Positions 1 through 10,305 of a DNA stretch of 64,000 bases are shown here, in pieces. The DNA comes from an uncultured Nitrososphaerota archaeon. GTDB taxonomy: Archaea; Thermoproteota; Nitrososphaeria; Nitrososphaerales; CADDZS01. Made by a program: the position numbers and the translations under genes. The stretch is taken from assembly GCA_963799845.1 (NCBI GenBank), contig CAWCYI010000006.1:992001-1056000 (forward strand). The letters run 5' to 3'. Each line of letters opens with the position of its first letter. Position 1 is the stretch's first letter. A model generated the notes under the pieces. The model was not told the origin of the DNA and made no database searches. It worked only from the letters and a program-made list of their open reading frames with translations.

Positions 1-349
1 GAGAAACAGATCGAGCTAGAGGTTAGAAGGGAATTGACAAAACAAGAACCCTACAAGGCAAACCTGGTTTTTTCCTTCTAGCGAGAAGATCAACCTTCAT
101 TTTTCTCACCCTAATCCTTCTTGCTTAGCGTCCTTCAAACTTTCTAACTTCATCTTAATCAGGGGAAACTTTCTGTGATACTCTTCATGCAATCCAGCTG
201 CTTCTTGGCTTGGTAGCGTACCATTCAGCAAAAGAAACAACGTAGGGATTGGCTTTCTGTAGCTAGGACTATATGCGTAGGTACCGTAAGTTTTCGGTTG
301 TTCTCTGAATGAATCTTTATACATCAGTGACAAGATCCTGCACTGAGTC

Positions 350-934
350 TTGACTGTAACAAAATTCGGTGCTCTCATGGTTGTCTCAATTATCTTTGCA
401 GGCCTCGCTGGAGCAACCATTCAATATTATCGTGATATTCAGGTTCCTATATCTAAGGGGAATACTTTGACCGTCTATCGGACGGTAACCACTAGCTCGG
501 TTGTCACTCTTGTCCAGCTTGCAACGACCACTGATGTAAACACAGCAACCTATTCGTCCAGCGTCGAGGTAAAGGGTTTCGTATATTCTGAGGTCTATCC
601 TTCACTATTCGTGTATTTCATACACTGCCTTCCTGTTGCATATGTTGCCTGCGACACCTATCCCGCCAGAGTGACGAGCACGAGTAATTTTACGGAGAGC
701 ATTGGAAATTCAACCTACGTATCCTACAATGGAAGCTATGTCGTTGATGTGCCAAACAACGAATCCTACGGTATCTCAGTCCGTCTTGCATCCTACAACA
801 CCGGCTCGTCTGTTACTGCCCTAGCTGTGCTTCCACTTTACGCACTCACGCCGATCATAGGCGATTACAACATAGATTGCTTCTTTCCGAATTCGAACCA
901 CAGCTTCTCCAACATTAACTGTGTGAGCGAATGA
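350..934 (+). CDS. Membrane-anchored/secreted hypothetical protein
   Basis: N-terminal hydrophobic helix, Thr-rich linker, beta-rich Tyr/Asn domain with Cys pairs. Confidence 0.65.
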   Translation: MTVTKFGALMVVSIIFAGLAGATIQYYRDIQVPISKGNTLTVYRTVTTSSVVTLVQLATTTDVNTATYSSSVEVKGFVYSEVYPSLFVYFIHCLPVAYVACDTYPARVTSTSNFTESIGNSTYVSYNGSYVVDVPNNESYGISVRLASYNTGSSVTALAVLPLYALTPIIGDYNIDCFFPNSNHSFSNINCVSE

Positions 935-966
935 ACACTCAGATTTCGAAGTTCTCAGACAAACGA

Positions 967-1764
967 ATGAAGATCCTTTACGTCAATCCAGTGGGCACCT
1001 TACTCTTTGATAAATCGATGAAGCAGATCCTCAAGGAAGCAAGGAACCCGGGAACCGAAGTGGATGTCGTCTCCCTCAAGAGAGGGCCGTGGCATGTTGA
1101 GTATCGTTACTACGAGTCGCTCGTTATGACAGACGTGTTGCACGTGGTCAAGAAGGCGGAGAATGACGGCTACGACGCGGTTGTGCTCGGCTGTTTCTAC
1201 GACCTTGGCCTGCAGGAGGCGCGAGAGATAAGTAGCAAAATGGTTGTCACCGCGCCTGCGGAGTCTTGCATGCTCCTTGCATGCAGTCTAGGAAGCACAT
1301 TCTCGATAATAGTCGGACGAAAGAAGTGGATTCCTCAGATGATGGGTAACGTCGTCCAATACGGACTCGGGGACAGACTCGCCTCCTTCAAGACTCTGGA
1401 CCTAGGAGTTCTCGATTTTCAGGAAGACAAGACGAAAACCGAGAAGCGACAAATCGAAGCCTCCAGAGAAGCGATTGAGAAAGACGGAGCTGAAGTGATT
1501 ATACTTGGCTGCACAGCCGAATTCGGCTTCTGGAAAGTGCTCCAAGAAAAGTTCAAGGTTCCCGTCTTAGATCCGATCATCACACCCTTCAAGCATGCAG
1601 AATACCTTGTCACGTTGAAAGACATGTTCGGCTGGACGACGAGCAAGATAGGTGGTTACGAATCTCCCCCAATAAGCGAAATAAAGAAGTGGAATCTCGG
1701 AAGGGATTTCAAGACGAAGGTTTGGGATGCCCCAATGAGAATAAAAAAAACCGAAGTGATTTGA
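967..1764 (+). CDS. Hydantoin/allantoin racemase (Asp/Glu/hydantoin racemase family)
   Basis: MKILYVNP start (ATG 967); catalytic Cys motifs LGCFYDLG and ILGCTAE; VPVLDP. Confidence 0.9.
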   Translation: MKILYVNPVGTLLFDKSMKQILKEARNPGTEVDVVSLKRGPWHVEYRYYESLVMTDVLHVVKKAENDGYDAVVLGCFYDLGLQEAREISSKMVVTAPAESCMLLACSLGSTFSIIVGRKKWIPQMMGNVVQYGLGDRLASFKTLDLGVLDFQEDKTKTEKRQIEASREAIEKDGAEVIILGCTAEFGFWKVLQEKFKVPVLDPIITPFKHAEYLVTLKDMFGWTTSKIGGYESPPISEIKKWNLGRDFKTKVWDAPMRIKKTEVI

Positions 1765-1770
1765 AAAACA

Positions 1771-2295
1771 TTGGAACTGGTGGAACTTCTAAGACGTAGA
1801 CGCATGTGTAGAGAGTTTGATTCTGTTCCAGTTGAGCATGAAAAACTCGAAGAGCTTGTGAAAGCAGGTAACAGAGCGCCTCAGGGAGGGAACATGTCCG
1901 TGAGGGAGTACTTAATAGTCAGCAACCCAAACTACGTAAATCTCGCAAGGGGTATCACACCGAGCTTCCTTGCAAATGCACCCGCGGTCATAGTTATCGT
2001 AACAGACCTCCCAAAAGCTCTTGAGGTCATGGGCATTCATGGAAGGGATGTGCTCTCACTCTTGGATGCAGGGGCTGCTGCTGAGAACATCGCACTTAGG
2101 GCAATGGAGCTTGGGCTTGCAGTTTCATTCGTAAGGTCTGCGACGACCGGAGCCCTCATGCATGTCTTGAAGATTCCGGAGAGATTTAGGATCGATCTTT
2201 TGATTGGAGTAGGTTATGCAAGTAAGATGGGTCTTTCTGCACCTATGAAAGGTCAACCGCCTATCATTCATCAGAACACGTACGGAGGGAATTAG
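1771..2295 (+). CDS. Nitroreductase family protein
   Basis: RRRMCREF, APQGGN, DAGAAAENIALRAMELGL motifs. Confidence 0.9.
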   Translation: MELVELLRRRRMCREFDSVPVEHEKLEELVKAGNRAPQGGNMSVREYLIVSNPNYVNLARGITPSFLANAPAVIVIVTDLPKALEVMGIHGRDVLSLLDAGAAAENIALRAMELGLAVSFVRSATTGALMHVLKIPERFRIDLLIGVGYASKMGLSAPMKGQPPIIHQNTYGGN

Positions 2296-2297
2296 CG

Positions 2298-2597
2298 ATG
2301 GAGAACAAAAATGATGCGCTCTTTGAACTAGCGACATACCTGATAGCAAGCGCACGAGACTGCCTTGAGGAACCGCAGATCTACGGCCCACTGAGGATGA
2401 TTGTGGGTGTAGAGAAAATCATCGAGATGGGTAAGCTAGATCCTTCTCTTCGTGATGAGTTTCTCGAAGCAAAGCGTGGAACGATCGCGAAAGAGACTCT
2501 TGCAGTAATGAGCGACAGGAAGGCGTTTTCGAGGACGCTGGACGAAATACTTCTGGCTTTCTCAGACGAGATGAGTAGAAGGAAGATCAAAACCTAA
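2298..2597 (+). CDS. DUF6092-like small helical protein
   Basis: LFELATYLIASARDCLEEPQIYGPLR motif; 2-nt gap after nitroreductase. Confidence 0.7.
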   Translation: MENKNDALFELATYLIASARDCLEEPQIYGPLRMIVGVEKIIEMGKLDPSLRDEFLEAKRGTIAKETLAVMSDRKAFSRTLDEILLAFSDEMSRRKIKT

Positions 2598-3625
2598 GCT
2601 ATGTTTGGCAATATAGCTTCTGGCTTACTCGCTGGGTAGAGGTGGCAGCAAGTAAGATGGGCCCTTTCAACCTCGATCAGCGGAGGATCCACGGTTTTAC
2701 AGACGGGCATTACGAAAGGACACCTCGGGTGAAAACTGCATCCAGGCGGGAGATTTAGAGCCCCTGCTATCTCTCCAGTGCTTATGATTTTCTCCGGCTT
2801 GGCTTTTTCCTCTGCATCAGTGACCACCGGTATTGACGAAAGCAGCATCTTCGTGTAAGGGTGCAGTGGATTCTTGAAGAATTCATCGGTGGCCGCAATC
2901 TCTCTCACCTTTCCCAGATACATGATCATCACTTTGTCAGAAACGTTCCGCATGAGACTCAGATTGTGGGTGATGAACATGTATGAGAGATTAAACTTTG
3001 TTCTCAACCTCAAAAGAACATTGATGATCTTCGCCTGAATCGAAACGTCAAGCGCCGAAGTTGGCTCGTCGAGGACTATGAAAGAAGGACTAGTGGCGAG
3101 AGCTCTAGCAATCGCAACCAACTGCTTTTCTCCACCTCCCAACTCCGCAGGATACCTTTCCGCAAACTCGGGAGGGAGGTCAACCATTTCTAGGAGCTCC
3201 TCTACCTTCTCGCTGACTGACTCCCCTTGTATCTTGTGAACGTTGAGTGGAACTTCAAGCGCTTGCTTTACCGTTCGTTTTGGATTCAGAGAAGAAGCAG
3301 GGTTTTGGAAAACTATCTGGATGTCCCTCTTCGTCTCTTTCGATCTGTGCTTTGCGCTCTTTGAAATATCCATTCCCCTGTACGTAATCTTCCCTAATGT
3401 TGGCGGATAAATCCCTATGATCATGTTGCCGAGAGTGGTTTTCCCTGAGCCGGATTCCCCAACGACTCCGAGCACTTCTCCTTCCTTCATCTCAAAGCTC
3501 AGTTCATCGACTGCCTTTACTATGCCCCGGGAAGTCTTGAAGTATTTCCTGAGGTTTTCGACTTGAATGATGGTTTCAGAACTCTCCAAGTAATTTCTCA
3601 AATCTACTTGTTGTAAAGATAACAC
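2594..3625 (-). CDS. Oligo/dipeptide ABC transporter ATPase (OppF/DppF-like)
   Basis: Walker A GESGSGKT, LGGGEKQ signature, LDEPT, HPYT and Cys-rich C-terminal domain. Confidence 0.95.
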   Translation of the reverse strand: MLSLQQVDLRNYLESSETIIQVENLRKYFKTSRGIVKAVDELSFEMKEGEVLGVVGESGSGKTTLGNMIIGIYPPTLGKITYRGMDISKSAKHRSKETKRDIQIVFQNPASSLNPKRTVKQALEVPLNVHKIQGESVSEKVEELLEMVDLPPEFAERYPAELGGGEKQLVAIARALATSPSFIVLDEPTSALDVSIQAKIINVLLRLRTKFNLSYMFITHNLSLMRNVSDKVMIMYLGKVREIAATDEFFKNPLHPYTKMLLSSIPVVTDAEEKAKPEKIISTGEIAGALNLPPGCSFHPRCPFVMPVCKTVDPPLIEVERAHLTCCHLYPASKPEAILPNIA

Positions 3626-4608
3626 GCGACTCTGTGACCGCTTTCCACCTCATACATCGGCGGCGGCTGATTGTTGCAAATCTGCATCGCAAACGGACAC
3701 CTCGTGACGAACCGGCATCCCTGAGGAGGATTCATGTAACTGGGCACCTGCCCGAGGATACCTTCGGGTACCCCTCCTCCGGTGAGCTTAGGAACGGAAT
3801 CAAGGAGCATTCTTGTGTAGGGGTGCTTTGCGTTGTTGAATACAACATCGGTCGGACCCTCCTCAGCCACTGTCCCCGCGTACATCACGTATACTCTGTC
3901 GACAAAATGCTTCACCGTCCCGAGGGCGTGCGCGATCAAGATTACAGAAATTTGCTTGTCCTCGACTATTTTCTTCAAAAGCCTCATGATCTGGTCTTCA
4001 ATTGTCACGTCAAGCGAGGTGCCCGGCTCGTCCGCGATAAGTATCTCGCGAGCAGAGACAAGCGCCATCGCGATATTGACCCGTTGTTTCATCCCTCCGC
4101 TGAGTTGGAAGGGGTAGCTGTCGAGAATCCTTTCGGGTTCTGGCAGCGCCGCCTGCTTCAGATAGCTGACCGCCGCTTCGTGGATTTCCTTTCTCGAAAG
4201 GTGGGTAGCCGAAGAGTACTTTACGACGTCATAGAGCTGTTGGCGTATTGTGAAGACGGGATTTAGAGCGGCTGAAGGATCCTGAAAGATCATTGACATG
4301 CTCCTCCTTCTCAGAGCAAACAACTTTCCGCGAGGCATCGAGAGGATGTCCTGTCCCAAATAATTGATCTTGCCTCCAGTTATCGTTGCGTTGTCGGCAA
4401 GCAGGCGCATGACGGCCTTCATCGTTGAGGTTTTCCCGCAAGCTGATTCACCGATAATTCCTATTTTCTCCCCTTTTGCAAGAAGGAGATTCACGCCGTT
4501 GAGAACTTTGAGCATACCCCCGTAGACTTTGTATTCGAGCTTAAGGTTCTCGACTTCAAGTAGCGGAGCGGAGCCCTTACCCTCCTCCAGTTGTTGACTT
4601 TCCATCAT
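3604..4608 (-). CDS. Oligo/dipeptide ABC transporter ATPase (OppD/DppD-like)
   Basis: GESACGKT, LSGGMKQR, IADEP, HPYT, GCRFxxRC. Confidence 0.95.
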   Translation of the reverse strand: MMESQQLEEGKGSAPLLEVENLKLEYKVYGGMLKVLNGVNLLLAKGEKIGIIGESACGKTSTMKAVMRLLADNATITGGKINYLGQDILSMPRGKLFALRRRSMSMIFQDPSAALNPVFTIRQQLYDVVKYSSATHLSRKEIHEAAVSYLKQAALPEPERILDSYPFQLSGGMKQRVNIAMALVSAREILIADEPGTSLDVTIEDQIMRLLKKIVEDKQISVILIAHALGTVKHFVDRVYVMYAGTVAEEGPTDVVFNNAKHPYTRMLLDSVPKLTGGGVPEGILGQVPSYMNPPQGCRFVTRCPFAMQICNNQPPPMYEVESGHRVACYLYNK

Positions 4609-4614
4609 GGTGCA

Positions 4615-5505
4615 TCAAGTGATCCCGGAGGAGAACATGTCATTGACCCCATCGCCTAGGAGATTGAAACCAAGTATAACCACGACAATGGCAAGAGCAG
4701 GAAAAATGCTGATCCACCAAGCTGTATCTAGATAAGAAGAGCCGTTTGAAATCATCGTGCCAAGGTCTGCAGTGGGCGCCTGCGCACCGAGACCCACATA
4801 ACTTAAGGCTGCCCCGATAAGGATCACCCACCCGCCGTCCAAGCTAACCTTGGTAAGAATTGAACCGAGCACATTTGGAAGTATCTCCTTAAACATTATG
4901 TGGAAGGGGCCCGCGCCGACCAGCTCCGCCGCCTTCACAAAATCCTCGTTCCTGATTGATGATGCGGAGCTGTAAACAAGCCTAGTGTACCATGGCCACC
5001 ATGCGAGAGAAACTGCCATCATAGCGTTTATGGCGCTGGGAGTGAGCAACGACGCAACCGCCAGAGCCAACAGAAGGGCCGGCACTGCGACGAAAATATC
5101 AGCTAGCCTCATGATTGCATTGCTCAGTTTTGTGTTTACGTAATATCCTGCAACGAGACCAAGGAAAACTCCGGGTATCACCGTGATTCCAAGTACTACA
5201 ACCACGAGCATCAGTGAGTATCTGAAACCAAACATTACTCTTGTGAGAACATCTCTTCCAAACTGGTCTGTTCCGAAGAGATGCGTTGCAGAAGGAGGAA
5301 GTAGTTGCGCAGGAAAGTTGACGTAAAAGCCCACCGTTTGAAACGGATACGGCGCGAGAAATGGCGCAAAAATCGCAATTATAACGACTGCGACTATTAC
5401 TCCCAGTCCTACAACTGAAAGCTTGTTTCTACGGAATTTGTACCAGTATTTTCCGTACTTCGAAGTGATTCTCTTGGCGAACGTCGTCGTAGCGATTATC
5501 GTCAT
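4615..5505 (-). CDS. Peptide ABC transporter permease (OppC/DppC-like)
   Basis: HLFGTDQFGRD and EAA-like loop DFVKAAELVGA; likely start MTIIATT near 5505. Confidence 0.92.
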   Translation of the reverse strand: MTIIATTTFAKRITSKYGKYWYKFRRNKLSVVGLGVIVAVVIIAIFAPFLAPYPFQTVGFYVNFPAQLLPPSATHLFGTDQFGRDVLTRVMFGFRYSLMLVVVVLGITVIPGVFLGLVAGYYVNTKLSNAIMRLADIFVAVPALLLALAVASLLTPSAINAMMAVSLAWWPWYTRLVYSSASSIRNEDFVKAAELVGAGPFHIMFKEILPNVLGSILTKVSLDGGWVILIGAALSYVGLGAQAPTADLGTMISNGSSYLDTAWWISIFPALAIVVVILGFNLLGDGVNDMFSSGIT

Positions 5506-5509
5506 GCTC

Positions 5510-6541
5510 TCATTCCTCACTTGACACTTGAAGACGAATTCTCGGGTCGAGGTATCCGACCAGAATATCAACCAAGATGTTCGCGACGACGAAGATAATT
5601 CCAGCGACCATTACTACCGCAACTATAGCGTTCAGATCCTTGCTCAGCATCGCGTTAAGCCCGTATCTCGAAAAGCCCGGCCAGTTGAAAATCAACTCTA
5701 CGAGAAATGCATTCCCTATCTGTGCAGAAATGTCAAGGGCGTAGATTGTTATTGTGGGAATTAGAGACGGCTTTAGCAGATACTTTAGGATAATCAATCT
5801 TTCCGGAATCCCATGCGATACTTCTGCAAGAGTGTAATCCTTTCCAAGATTTTCAACAACACTTGAGCGCATTATTCTTGCTTCCTGTGCAATCGGACCA
5901 AGGGCTAGTGCAAACGCCGGAAGTATCAAGTGCCACAACGCGTTAGTAACCGCATTGAAATTCAGGGTCAACAAACCATCGAGAACATACATTCCCGTTA
6001 TCCTAGGAGGAGGAGCGACGTTCTGACTGAGTCTTCCAATTATTGGGAAGAGATGCAGGCCGTAACCGAGCGTCAGTTGGAGAATGATTGCAACGACGAA
6101 GGATGGGACAGCTATTCCAACGTACGAGATGATTCTGACCGTGTTGTCTACCGCGGAGTTTGCTCTCCTTCCTGCGAGGACACCCAGAGGAATCGACAAC
6201 ATGAGGTCAATAATCGCGGCAGTCAGGATCAGTTCAATAGTGGCGGGGAGATACTCCTCAACGTCTAACAGAACATTTCTGTGTGTGAAAAGTGACAGTC
6301 CCCAGTTTCCGGTGAAAATCCCTCCAAGCCAGTACACGTATTGGACATATAATGGCTGATTGAAATGGAGCGAGATCTTGCACGCATTAACAGCTGACTG
6401 AGGTGCGTTCGGCCCCAGCGCGACTCGACACGGGTCTCCTGGCAACACCCGAGCTATGACAAAAATAAGTATCGAAAGACCAAGTAGCGAGATCCCAGAA
6501 TAAGCTAATCGCTTCGCTATGAAGGTCCAGGATCTTGCCAT
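5510..6541 (-). CDS. Peptide ABC transporter permease (OppB/DppB-like)
   Basis: LPGDP, PATIEL, VELIFNWPG, DPRIR. Confidence 0.95.
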   Translation of the reverse strand: MARSWTFIAKRLAYSGISLLGLSILIFVIARVLPGDPCRVALGPNAPQSAVNACKISLHFNQPLYVQYVYWLGGIFTGNWGLSLFTHRNVLLDVEEYLPATIELILTAAIIDLMLSIPLGVLAGRRANSAVDNTVRIISYVGIAVPSFVVAIILQLTLGYGLHLFPIIGRLSQNVAPPPRITGMYVLDGLLTLNFNAVTNALWHLILPAFALALGPIAQEARIMRSSVVENLGKDYTLAEVSHGIPERLIILKYLLKPSLIPTITIYALDISAQIGNAFLVELIFNWPGFSRYGLNAMLSKDLNAIVAVVMVAGIIFVVANILVDILVGYLDPRIRLQVSSEE

Positions 6542-6650
6542 TAATGGTCAAACACTGTCCCACACCCAGGGTATTAGCTCAGGTGTGTTAAGATGCTTTT
6601 GTGTAGTTACATAAATCCGCGATGATGCGGAGGCCCCCGACCATAACTAC

Positions 6651-8443
6651 CTAAAGGGCGGCCAGCGCGGAGGGATTGAATCCGATGTCTCTGAAGTAGA
6701 AGTCGTATCCCAAGTCTGCGATTGGGTGACCGTTCGCGGCGTACCAATTAACAACGCTGGGATAGTAGGCCCTAATCTCGTAGACATCGAACGCGTAGAT
6801 AGATGGGTACAGGTTGTATATCTCCTGCTGTAATGTGTAGTATGCCTGGAAGCGCTGAGTCTGGTTCACTACGGAGAGCGATGAGAGGATTTGGTTGTTG
6901 AGCGTCTGGTTGTTCATCCACTCGTCCTGCTCCCAAGTTCCCTGAGACGCGATTGTGTATCTTGACTGCAGAATAGAACCAGCCTCAAAGTAGCTTGCGC
7001 CATCCTCAATCGAGACAACGTTCGGAGAGCTACTCTCGTTCCCAAGGTCGGCGACCACCGTCAACCAAGGAGTACCAACCACATTCACGGTGATGCCAAT
7101 CTTCGCCATATCTGACGCAAACTCCAGCGCTAGCGCCTGTTCAGCTGGGACGGCGGTCACCCAGTAGTATTGGACCGTGCCAGAGACCTTTCCAGGTACT
7201 GCTATCGTAGTACTTTGATTGCTTGATAATTTGCTCCGCGAGCGTGAGGTTTTGTGCAGACACTGATATGTTGGGATCGTGTCCAGGCAGTACCGATGCA
7301 ACAGGGCCAGACGAAGGCTTGCTTCCCGCGAATGGACCGCTGGGGGCTATGATCGCAGAGTAATTCAGGGCATATGACATGGCTTCCCTGACGTAGACGT
7401 CATCCGTCGGAGCCTTCGCAGTATTCAGCATGAGGTACATCTCGTCGACAGTAGGAATCGATACCATCTGAGCTCCCTTCAGCGCCGCTAGAGACTGGAT
7501 GGTTGTGTAGGGCTGCCACTGGTCTGTAATCTGTGTTTGGTGGCTGCTGAATAGTGCTGTGACGGTGGTCGTGGCGCTAGTGCCGTAAAATTGCACATAG
7601 GCCGGCTGGCTTGGATTCGTGCCATTCCAGTAATTAGTGTATTCTCCTAAGACCATGTTCAGCTTCTGGGTTGAGCGAGACCATGTAGTAAGGACCTGAA
7701 CCTGCGTCGTGCGTGAGAAGCCAAGTCGAACCGTAATCAGTGCCATTTGCGTAGGTCCCGGAGACTTCATGCGCAATTACCTGAGACTCGTCAAGCACGT
7801 ACAATCTGACTAGGGCAGAAGTGAACGGGCCAAATGTCGACTTTAAGTTGATAACAACCTGTGTGGGAGAGGGTGCCGATATGTTTGCAACATACGGAGA
7901 AAACAGATAGGAGTAACCTTGGGCCATGCTCAGCAGACGGTTCATCGAGAACACTACATCCTGAGCTGTCAGTGGATCTCCGTTGTGGAATGTAACACCT
8001 GATCTCAGATTGAATGTGTAGGTCAGACCGCTTGAAGAAATGCTCCATGTAGTTGCCAAGTCAGGTTGAATTCCTCCCGACGCAGTTGGGAATACTAGAG
8101 TATCGTAAAGATTTGCTAGCGCGGCTGAACCCGCTTCATCTGAACCTATTGCAGGATCTGTAGTAGGCACGTTTGCAAAAGTCAGACTGAGAGCGGTAGA
8201 ATTAGAAAAGGGCTGAGTTGTTGACGTAGATGTCGACTGCGATGTAGTGGTTGACACCGCGGCCGACGAGGTTGTTGTCGAAACAGTCGTCGGTGTTGTT
8301 GTCACAGTCGTGCTTGTGTTCACATAGAAAGCATAGTAGGCTCCGCCTGCAATGATCAGGATTACGACAATTATTATTGCAGCAATGATAGTCGTACTGA
8401 TACCCTGACGATGATTATTAGCAATTAGCTTGCGGGTATTCAT
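6651..8443 (-). CDS. Peptide ABC transporter substrate-binding protein (family 5), split by two frameshifts
   Basis: Three overlapping ORFs (7634-8443, 7141-7776, 6651-7301) join into one SBP; YTFNLRSGVTFHNGDPLTAQDV, GSGPY, VREAMSYA; N-terminal TM plus Thr/Ser linker. Confidence 0.9.
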
Positions 8444-8583
8444 TCGTCTATAAACCTAAGAAGCTGGCTCATAGCGAACTATTTATTCATTGCTTAATGT
8501 TTCGAATTGAAAATCCACTCTAACTATAAGGGCACTCCGGCGCCGACTGAGGATTTTGATTTATCTTGCATGCTTAAAACCAA

Positions 8584-10300
8584 CTAAGATCTATATTCTC
8601 GGTCGGCCGTGCCTCTCAATGGGTCTACAACTACGCCGTAGTCCATTCTGGCGGATTCAATGGTAATATACTCATTTATCACATCGTTCAGGACATTTTC
8701 TGGATCGCGTTGAAGGGGATCTCCATACCCTCCCCCACCACCGGTCTTGAGTCTTACCATGTCGCCCTTTTTCATCGATTCTGCGGCGATCTTTCGAAGT
8801 CGTCTTGGCTCTTTGTTGCTTTCGTAAAGAATGAAATAGTTGGACGTCCCATTACTTCCTCCTTTTGTACCCCAACACGGATAGAGTGATCTTCCCATTG
8901 AAGAAGTGAAGCTCACATTCGAGTTGTTAATCCTGTAATCCTTGATTATGCCAAAGCCGCCTCTGAATTTGCCCTTCCCGCTACCATCTTCAATATTTAG
9001 AGCATACTGCTCGACTACTATTGGGTACCTTACCTCCATCACTTCGTTTGACATTATGTACGTCTCTCCGTCTCCCGAGCAGACGAGGCCGCTTTCGCCA
9101 TCCTTCGACATGCTCCCTCCCCAGCCTCCAGGTTGCGGCTCCACGATTGCGAAAGGTTCATTAGTTCTATCGTCTACTCCGCCAACGATTGTTCCGCAAA
9201 CGCTAAGGAAGTGACCGGCGGGAAGTCTTTCGGGCATTTGCGGCGCAAGTGCCTTCCACACCAAATCGGTGATGAAACCCATCGACTCCCAGTATGTCGA
9301 CGTCGGAGCGGGCGGGAGAGGATTGAATATAGTCCCGGGATCCGCGATGACCTTTAGGAGTCTGAAGTTGCCTTCGTTTGCTGGACCGTGAGGGTCGGTC
9401 ACCGCTTTGAATATCGCTCGTGCAGCGGAAACGGTCGCACACCATGGGCAGTTGATTGAACCCCTTACTTGCTTACCTGATCCTCTCAAGTCCACGACGA
9501 ACTCATTCTTGCTGATGGTGACCTTGACTTCGACGTGGACGGGATTGTCGGTAATCCCATCATCGTCAACTGTATCTTGCGCGGTGAAGACACCTTGAGG
9601 AAGATCCTTCAACTTAAGCCTCATCAACTTCTCACCTTTCTCTTGGATGCGGTCGATTGCGTCAAGAACGGTATCGACCCCGTACTTGTTGCACAATTCC
9701 TCGATTCTTTTCCCACCGACACGTAGCGAAGCGGCGTGAGCCTCCATATCTCCAAGCGTCATGGCCGGTGTGCGCACATTTGCCCTAATAATATCGACTA
9801 CCTGTGGAATGACCTTGCCTCTTTCGAAGAGTTTGATCGGCGTGAAGATCAGTCCCTCCTGATAGATTTCTGTAGAGTCTGAAGTCCAGCTCCCGAAGTG
9901 CATTCCGCCAACTTCGCTCCAGTGTCCCTTGATTGTCGAAAACGCAATCAATTCGCCCTTCACGAATACTGGCATGACCAGCGTGACGTCGTTGAGGTGA
10001 GTTCCGCTCGTGTAGGGTATATTGACCATGCAAATGTCGCCGGGTTCGAACCCGTTGCGCCCGAACTTTTTGATGCAGTCCTGCGTGGCTGATATCCAAA
10101 GTACCAAGGAATCCAGGGACGCCGTTTGCCTGAGCAACGAGTTTCCCTTTGCTGTCCGTGAGACCGGCGGCATAGTCAAGCACTTCGTATATCACAGGAC
10201 TCTTGCTCGCCCTTCCAAAAGCGGCAAAAGACTCTTCGGCCGACGCGATTAGGCTGTTCTCTATGATGTCTAAAGTAAATTCGGATATCTTCTTAACCAA
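8584..10300 (-). CDS. Hydantoinase B / 5-oxoprolinase beta subunit, one frameshift near 10095
   Basis: SPVIYEVLDY in one frame continues as GTHLND, GHWSEVGG, TEIYQEG, TGGGGGYGDP in another. Confidence 0.92.
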
Positions 10301-10305
10301 CTTCT

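Noticed and set aside
6651-10300. Programmed frameshifting in the SBP and hydantoinase B genes
   Set aside because: Single-base indels are scattered across many unrelated genes in the window with no shared slippery motif; assembly error or decay is more likely.
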